64,000 nt of DNA from positions 20,735 through 84,734 of the forward strand of contig DAORKJ010000002.1 of assembly GCA_035439505.1 (NCBI GenBank), written 5' to 3'. The notes below the pieces were generated by a model. The model saw only the letters and a program-made list of their open reading frames with translations, had not been told where the DNA came from and made no database searches. This DNA comes from Chitinophagales bacterium (GTDB lineage Bacteria > Bacteroidota > Bacteroidia > Chitinophagales > BACL12). The translations under genes and the position numbers were made by a program. Shown here in pieces: positions 58,057 through 64,000 of the stretch. How positions within the stretch are numbered: position 1 is the first letter of the stretch; every line of letters starts with the position of its first letter.

Positions 58057-58422
58057 TTATCGCCAGGTTTTGGCAAAATAGGGTATCTGGTCGTGCGACT
58101 CAGTATCCTTTTGCTGCCAGTAGGCCATAGTTACCACTTTACCGGTGCGCGTGCGTAGTAGCCTGCCGTAAATGGCATTGGTAGGATTAAAAGTGGCATC
58201 CGAAACACCAACGGTCCAGGATGTTGGGGGAGGAGGTACTTCACCTTCAGCAGGCACTGGAGCGCCTTTTGCCGGTGGTGTAGGTACTACTACAACGGTA
58301 AACCCGTTAAAAGTTAGTAAGTCTTTTAAAAAATCTACACGTTCTTTAGCAGCGTTTTTTTCTACAATAGCGCATTTTATACCATCCAGATCGTCGAAGG
58401 TGTGATTTTGATTAATTGCCAT
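58057..58422 (-). CDS. Hypothetical 121-aa protein with a central Pro-rich linker
   Basis: The ORF starts 11 nt after the nuoN stop. The linker reads PTPPAKGAPVPAEGEVPPPPTS. I do not recognise the family. Confidence 0.55.
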   Translation of the reverse strand: MAINQNHTFDDLDGIKCAIVEKNAAKERVDFLKDLLTFNGFTVVVVPTPPAKGAPVPAEGEVPPPPTSWTVGVSDATFNPTNAIYGRLLRTRTGKVVTMAYWQQKDTESHDQIPYFAKTWR

Positions 58423-58433
58423 TTACTTACTAT

Positions 58434-59843
58434 TTATAAATGAATGATTGAAAAAATATATTCGTAACAACCGCCAAATAAACCGGTGATTAATAACCCA
58501 GCCATACAAATTGCAAAAGCGAGACCTGCTTGAAATCCGGTATTCACTTTAGGAATTGCCATTTCGTTGCTATCCATAAACATGGCTTTAACTACTTTGA
58601 GATAATAATACAATGAAACAATCATATTGAGTGCTGCTATTACGATGAGTGCCGTATTGTTTTGTGCAGCACCCGACATGAGTAAAAAGAATTTTCCGAA
58701 AAATCCGGCTGTAGGTGGAATACCTGCAAGTGAAAATAATGACAACGCTAAAATCCATGCTAACAAAGGATTGGTTTTATGAAACCCTTTATAATCCGAA
58801 ATATTTTCTTTTCCTGTTTTAGCACTTACCAATGAAATAACACCAAACGCACCTAAATTGGAAAATAAATAAATCAGAATAAAAAATATGGTAGCTGCTG
58901 CACCTTCTGCAGAATTACCTGTAATACCGATTAAAATAAATCCAACCTGAGCAATTGATGAAAAGGCTAAAAATCGTTTAATATTGTTTTGCCTTAATGC
59001 AAATAAATTACCTGTAATCATAGTGAGCACACTTATCAAAAACAGGAAATTATACCAGGAAATAAAAATATGTTCGAATGCAGTATATAACACACTAAAG
59101 AATACAAAAATGACTGCGCCTTTAGAAACTACACTTAAATAGGCAGTTACTGCCACAGGTGCTCCTTCGTAAACATCTGCCGTCCATAAGTGGAAAGGAA
59201 CAGCACTCATTTTAAATGCAAAGCCTGCTAATATCATTACAAAGGCTAATATGAGTAACGGCTGACCACTCATGGTAGCTGCTATACCTTCATAACTTAA
59301 AGTACCAAGCGCACCGTAAAGTAATGAGATGCCAAATAATAATATACCTGATGAAAATGCCGATGAAATAATAAACTTCATTGCAGCTTCACCTGATTTG
59401 CGTTTTGCTAAATCGAAGTTGGCTAATGCTGCAAGTGGAATGGTTGATAGTTCCAGCCCTAAATAAAACATAAACATATTTTGGGCAGAAATCATAAAAA
59501 ACATTCCTGACAAAGAAGCTAATAAAATAACATAAAACTCATGGATGTGTTTATGTGAACTGAGCCATTCACGAGATTGCAATGAAATAACTAAAACGGC
59601 TAAGTTGAGAATGTTTTTTTCGAGGTGGATTAATTGGGTGCTATGAAACATGCTGCCAAATGCATCACCGACTGTATTGCTGAAAAATCCGGCAATAAAA
59701 TTTACAGCGAGTAATATATTCACAAGGTTGAGTAATGTAGATGTGGCCATTACATTTTTACCTAACCTTAATAGTAAAATAATGAACAGGATGATGGTAA
59801 CCATCAACTCAAATTTCATTAGTAGTAGTAATTCACTCGTCAT
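58434..59843 (-). CDS. nuoN: NADH-quinone oxidoreductase subunit N
   Basis: It is an Mrp-antiporter-like polytopic subunit and the last of the L-M-N series. Confidence 0.9.
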   Translation of the reverse strand: MTSELLLLMKFELMVTIILFIILLLRLGKNVMATSTLLNLVNILLAVNFIAGFFSNTVGDAFGSMFHSTQLIHLEKNILNLAVLVISLQSREWLSSHKHIHEFYVILLASLSGMFFMISAQNMFMFYLGLELSTIPLAALANFDLAKRKSGEAAMKFIISSAFSSGILLFGISLLYGALGTLSYEGIAATMSGQPLLILAFVMILAGFAFKMSAVPFHLWTADVYEGAPVAVTAYLSVVSKGAVIFVFFSVLYTAFEHIFISWYNFLFLISVLTMITGNLFALRQNNIKRFLAFSSIAQVGFILIGITGNSAEGAAATIFFILIYLFSNLGAFGVISLVSAKTGKENISDYKGFHKTNPLLAWILALSLFSLAGIPPTAGFFGKFFLLMSGAAQNNTALIVIAALNMIVSLYYYLKVVKAMFMDSNEMAIPKVNTGFQAGLAFAICMAGLLITGLFGGCYEYIFSIIHL

Positions 59844-59896
59844 ATGTTTTCTGTTTCGACATCAGTAAATGTCATGCTGATTGAATGCTATTTTAT

Positions 59897-61378
59897 TTAT
59901 TGATGTACTATTATTTTTTGCATCATAACTTCCGTTCCCGGATAAATAATATCAGTAACCACAAATGGGGCAATACCCATAATTAAAATTGCAGCTAATA
60001 ATACTATGGCAGCTAAACGTTCGTTCCAGGCGGCATCTGTAAAACTTAAATGTTCCTGATTAACAATTGGACCAAACATTGTTTTGCCTGCGGCGCGTAA
60101 AATATAAACTGCTGTCACCACTATACTTGCACAAGCTAAAATTGTTGCTACCCGATATAAGGTTTCCGGATTTTGCCAGCTACCCATAAATACGGTCATT
60201 TCTGCTACAAACCCACTTAAACCAGGCAAGCCTAATGAACATAAACCTGCAAGAATAAATACGGTAGCAATAAATGGCATTACTTTTAATAAACCACCAA
60301 TATCTTTTACCATTCTGGTATGTGTGCGGTCGTAAACCATTCCGATAGCAGCAAAGAAAAGGGCTGTCATTAAACCGTGTGATACCATTTGTAACACTGC
60401 ACCATTAATTGCTGTTTGATTCAACATGCCTATTCCTAATAACACAAAACCACAATGTGAAACGGATGAATATGCATTGATATATTTTAAATCGGTTTGC
60501 ATTAACGTAGCAAATGCGCCGTAAATAATGGCAATGGCAGATAATATAATAATAACCGGTTGGTAATATGCAGCAGCCTCCGGCATTAAATACACAGCAG
60601 CGCGTAAACAACCATAACCACCTAGTTTCATCGAAATACCTGCTAAAAACATGGATGCTGCAGTAGGTGCAGATGAGTGTCCGTCAGGAACCCAGGTATG
60701 AAATGGAAATAAAGCTGTGAATATGCCAAAACCCACAAATAAAAATGGGAAAAATATACGTTGTGTTTCTTCTGCAATTGATGATTGTGCATTGGTGATT
60801 AAATCCAGACTGTTGGTGCCTGAAAAATATACACCAATCATACCCACAAACACTAAAGCACTTCCACCCATTAACATCAAAGCGAGTTTCATAGCTGAAT
60901 ATTCCTTTTTACCGCTGCCCCAAATACCTATCAATAAAAATTTAGGAATTACTGCAACTTCAAGGAAGAAGAATAAGGTGAATAAATCTAAAGCAATAAA
61001 ATAACCATATGCACCGGCACTTAATACGGTGAGCAATAAAAAGAATTCTTTGCTGAGTTTTTCCTGACGCCATGAAACTAAAACACCTGCCAATACAACA
61101 AAGGCTGTCAGTAAAATCATGGCTATTGAAATACCATCAACTCCGATATGGTAATTGATATTTATAGATGGGAACCAGTTATAAGTTGCCTGGAAAATAA
61201 ATTGCTCGTTATTACCTGCATTTCGCTCCTGTTGAAATAAAAATAACAACACAAAACTTAATACCAATTGAATTAAAGCACCGGCAAATGCGACAAAACG
61301 CACCTGTTTCAATCCACTGGTGAACACAATCCCCAAAGCGGTAATTGCAGGAATTATTATAAGTAAATTTAAATTCAT
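59897..61378 (-). CDS. nuoM: NADH-quinone oxidoreductase subunit M
   Basis: It is an antiporter-like subunit located between nuoL and nuoN. Confidence 0.9.
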   Translation of the reverse strand: MNLNLLIIIPAITALGIVFTSGLKQVRFVAFAGALIQLVLSFVLLFLFQQERNAGNNEQFIFQATYNWFPSININYHIGVDGISIAMILLTAFVVLAGVLVSWRQEKLSKEFFLLLTVLSAGAYGYFIALDLFTLFFFLEVAVIPKFLLIGIWGSGKKEYSAMKLALMLMGGSALVFVGMIGVYFSGTNSLDLITNAQSSIAEETQRIFFPFLFVGFGIFTALFPFHTWVPDGHSSAPTAASMFLAGISMKLGGYGCLRAAVYLMPEAAAYYQPVIIILSAIAIIYGAFATLMQTDLKYINAYSSVSHCGFVLLGIGMLNQTAINGAVLQMVSHGLMTALFFAAIGMVYDRTHTRMVKDIGGLLKVMPFIATVFILAGLCSLGLPGLSGFVAEMTVFMGSWQNPETLYRVATILACASIVVTAVYILRAAGKTMFGPIVNQEHLSFTDAAWNERLAAIVLLAAILIMGIAPFVVTDIIYPGTEVMMQKIIVHQ

Positions 61379-61429
61379 ATTACTTCATCTTAATAAAATC
61401 ATTATTTGTAACCTGTTGGAGACAAATAA

Positions 61430-63343
61430 TTACATCCATAAATAAATACCTATCAAACTCAACCCAATAACACCTGCAATAAAATATAATGCATATTCCT
61501 GCACTTTACCCGACTGCATGTCCTTAAGTGAAGCTGAAAAAGATACTGTTGTATTGCCAAGGGCATTCATGAAACCATCCACAATATTTCTATCGATCCA
61601 GGCTGCAGGTCTGCCAATTAAATTAAAAATTACTTTTTTAGTGATAAATAGGTAAACTTCATCAATATAAAATTTGCGATATGCTGCTTTATATAATCCA
61701 TTTAACTGTGTAGCAACTTTGTCGGCTTTTTCATTTTGTGATTTATAAAATAAGGTCGCTAATACAATTCCGACAACACCAATAAGAACCGGTGCAATTG
61801 AAAACATCAAATCAAGATGCATTTCACCAGGTTTCCCTGTTGGTGTGATGTAGTGTGCAAATGGAATAAATCCAACTACAATTGATAAGGTACCTAAAAT
61901 GATTAAAGGTAATTTCATGCTTATCGGACCTTCACCATGAAAATCGTGTAAATGCGCATCTTGTTTGTTCCAAAATATATTGTAATACAAACGGAACATA
62001 TAAAATGCAGTAATACCGGAAGTAATTAATGCGATATAATAAATGCCGGGATGTGATTCGTATGCAGCATGTAAAATGCCTTCCTTACTAAAGAATCCCG
62101 CAAACGGCGGAATACCTGCAATAGCTAAACACGCTATTAAAAATGTGATATGGGTAATAGGTAAATATTTTTTTAATCCACCCATGTCTTTCATTTCGTT
62201 GCTATGCACTGCATGTATAACAGCACCTGCTCCTAAGAATAATAATGATTTAAAAAATGCGTGGGTAAACAAATGAAACATACTGGACGTAAAACCTGCA
62301 CCGTGCTCATAATCACTAACACCAAGTGCAAACATCATATACCCGATTTGACTCATGGTTGAGTATGCCAATACTCGTTTAATATCTGTTTGTGTACAGG
62401 CAATTACAGCGGCAAAAGCGGCGGAAAAAATACCTACATAAGCTACAATTTCCAATGCTCCTGAATCGGTAACTGCAAAAACAGGAAATAAACGTGCAAC
62501 TAAAAATACACCTGCAACAACCATGGTAGCAGCGTGAATTAATGCAGAAACAGGTGTTGGACCTTCCATGGCATCCGGCAACCAAATGTGCAGTGGGAAC
62601 ATAGCAGATTTTCCGGCTCCACCAATAAATATTAATACTAATGCCCAGGTTAAAACGCTAAAGCCTAAAAATGTTGCTCCAAATCTAAAGTTTTCGGATG
62701 TCAGCGTTGATATAATGGTATTAAAATCAAATGAGTTGGCAGTTAAGCCCATTATCAAAATACCAATCAGGAAAAATAAATCTGCAAAGCGGGTTACAAT
62801 AAATGCTTTTTTGCTGGCTGCTACTGCAGATGGTTTATCGTAATAATAACCGATTAATAAAAATGACGAAACGCCCACTAATTCCCAAAACATGTATATC
62901 TGAAACAAATTGCTGGATATTACTAACCCCAACATACTAAAAGTAAATAATTGTAAATGGGAATAATATGTAGCAAAACGTTTTTCGCCGTGCATATACC
63001 CTAAACTAAAAATATGCACCATTAATGAGATGAACGTAACAACAACAAGCATCATTACGGAAATAGGATCCAGCGTAATTCCCATGTCGATAGACAAGGT
63101 AGATGTAAATTGCAACCAGGTTATTTTAACCGGCTCAAGATGCGGATAAACACCATTTATTGCGCCATCAACAATAAAATACTGATAGGCAGTGGTGAGC
63201 GATAATACTGCTGCAATTCCTATAAATAACACTCCAATAAAGCCTGAAAGTTTTTCCGGTAATCTTTTTCCGAGTAACCCTAACAGCAAAAAGCCTATAA
63301 AAGGTAAAATCGGAATGAGTGATATATAATTATAGCTGTTCAT
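61430..63343 (-). CDS. nuoL: NADH-quinone oxidoreductase subunit L
   Basis: It is a 637-aa antiporter-like subunit with a C-terminal extension (lateral helix region). Confidence 0.9.
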   Translation of the reverse strand: MNSYNYISLIPILPFIGFLLLGLLGKRLPEKLSGFIGVLFIGIAAVLSLTTAYQYFIVDGAINGVYPHLEPVKITWLQFTSTLSIDMGITLDPISVMMLVVVTFISLMVHIFSLGYMHGEKRFATYYSHLQLFTFSMLGLVISSNLFQIYMFWELVGVSSFLLIGYYYDKPSAVAASKKAFIVTRFADLFFLIGILIMGLTANSFDFNTIISTLTSENFRFGATFLGFSVLTWALVLIFIGGAGKSAMFPLHIWLPDAMEGPTPVSALIHAATMVVAGVFLVARLFPVFAVTDSGALEIVAYVGIFSAAFAAVIACTQTDIKRVLAYSTMSQIGYMMFALGVSDYEHGAGFTSSMFHLFTHAFFKSLLFLGAGAVIHAVHSNEMKDMGGLKKYLPITHITFLIACLAIAGIPPFAGFFSKEGILHAAYESHPGIYYIALITSGITAFYMFRLYYNIFWNKQDAHLHDFHGEGPISMKLPLIILGTLSIVVGFIPFAHYITPTGKPGEMHLDLMFSIAPVLIGVVGIVLATLFYKSQNEKADKVATQLNGLYKAAYRKFYIDEVYLFITKKVIFNLIGRPAAWIDRNIVDGFMNALGNTTVSFSASLKDMQSGKVQEYALYFIAGVIGLSLIGIYLWM

Positions 63344-63350
63344 GTTGTTA

Positions 63351-63665
63351 TTAGTATTTCATTTCTTCATTGTCTTCCACATCAATAGAATGATGGTTTC
63401 TATAAATATGGATTATAATAGCAATAGCCACAGCAGCTTCAGCGGCAGCAATGGCAATAATAAATATCGTAAAAAATAATCCGTCAAGATTATCAGGATA
63501 CAAGTATTTGTTAAACGCAACAAAGTTGATATTTACGCTATTGAGAATTAACTCAACTGCCATAAGCATGGTAATCATGTTGCGACGTGTAAGCAGGCCA
63601 TAAACGCCGATAAAAAACAGCGCTGTGCTTAAAAATAAAATCTCAGTGATACTTATTTCGTTCAT
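63351..63665 (-). CDS. nuoK: NADH-quinone oxidoreductase subunit K
   Basis: It is 104 aa with three TM helices and a conserved Glu in a TM helix. It overlaps nuoJ by 4 nt. Confidence 0.9.
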   Translation of the reverse strand: MNEISITEILFLSTALFFIGVYGLLTRRNMITMLMAVELILNSVNINFVAFNKYLYPDNLDGLFFTIFIIAIAAAEAAVAIAIIIHIYRNHHSIDVEDNEEMKY

Positions 63666-64000
63666 GATTCTTCAACTTTAGATTTCATGGCAATAACTAT
63701 TGCGCCAATCATAGCAGCCAATAATAGAATACTGATTACTTCAAATGGTAATGCAAATCCAACATCTTCATAATCCAGCATTTGAGTTCCTATGTTTTGA
63801 ACAGAATCGTCCAATACGGCATCAGGATTATTGGTAAAACCATATTGACTTATTAATAAACCTGTTAAGCCGGCACCACATAGTGCAGCGATTCCTGAAA
63901 ATATTTTTCTTTGTAATGTGGCTTTAGGCATTTCTAAGCCTGATTGCTGAGTAAGGAAAATAGAAAAAATTATCAGCACCACAATACCACCTACATAAAC
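63662..64000 (-). CDS. nuoJ: NADH-quinone oxidoreductase subunit J, 3' part (5' end beyond the window)
   Basis: The frame stays open to position 64000 (…VYVGGIVVLIIF…), so the true start lies outside the window. Confidence 0.8.
   Translation of the reverse strand, partial: VYVGGIVVLIIFSIFLTQQSGLEMPKATLQRKIFSGIAALCGAGLTGLLISQYGFTNNPDAVLDDSVQNIGTQMLDYEDVGFALPFEVISILLLAAMIGAIVIAMKSKVEES

Overview
This is a 64-kb chromosomal segment of a low-GC Bacteroidota-type genome. The taxon call rests on TAnnTTTG -7 promoter boxes, short A-rich leaders without Shine-Dalgarno sites, a CarboxypepD_reg TonB-dependent receptor with a DUF4249-like partner, and an ACIII respiratory cluster. Coding density is high and most genes are core functions. 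(1) 5.0-21.5 kb holds one co-directional respiratory block: Alternative Complex III actABCDEF, aa3-type cytochrome oxidase, heme O synthase and copper/assembly factors. (2) 25.2-31.2 kb and 43.9-50.0 kb hold phosphate-uptake genes: an O/P-type porin, two tandem pstS, pstCAB, then PiT with a DUF47 partner, and a second pstSCAB-phoU. (3) The rest is envelope and housekeeping: priA, lnt, a WbaP-like sugar transferase, a P-type ATPase, rny, zapA and pheT. (4) The right edge carries the 3' part of the nuo operon (nuoJ-N). I found no rRNA, tRNA, CRISPR array, transposase, integrase or recognisable defence system, so I cannot point to one clear-cut novel system. The best leads are: (a) a 19-bp CTAT-N7-ATAG element upstream of the Pst-1 genes and twice in a divergent peroxiredoxin/SLC13 promoter region; (b) 11-bp-phased TTAACA-type direct repeats in the PiT/Pst-2 divergent region; (c) a three-gene envelope module with cysteine motifs, bounded by a promoter and a terminator (50.9-52.7 kb); (d) a roughly 390-bp ORF-free, G-skewed stretch with an 8-bp tandem array (52.7-53.1 kb); (e) uncharacterised small proteins and His-rich tracts in the respiratory block. 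All family names come from motifs read by eye, because no database search was possible.
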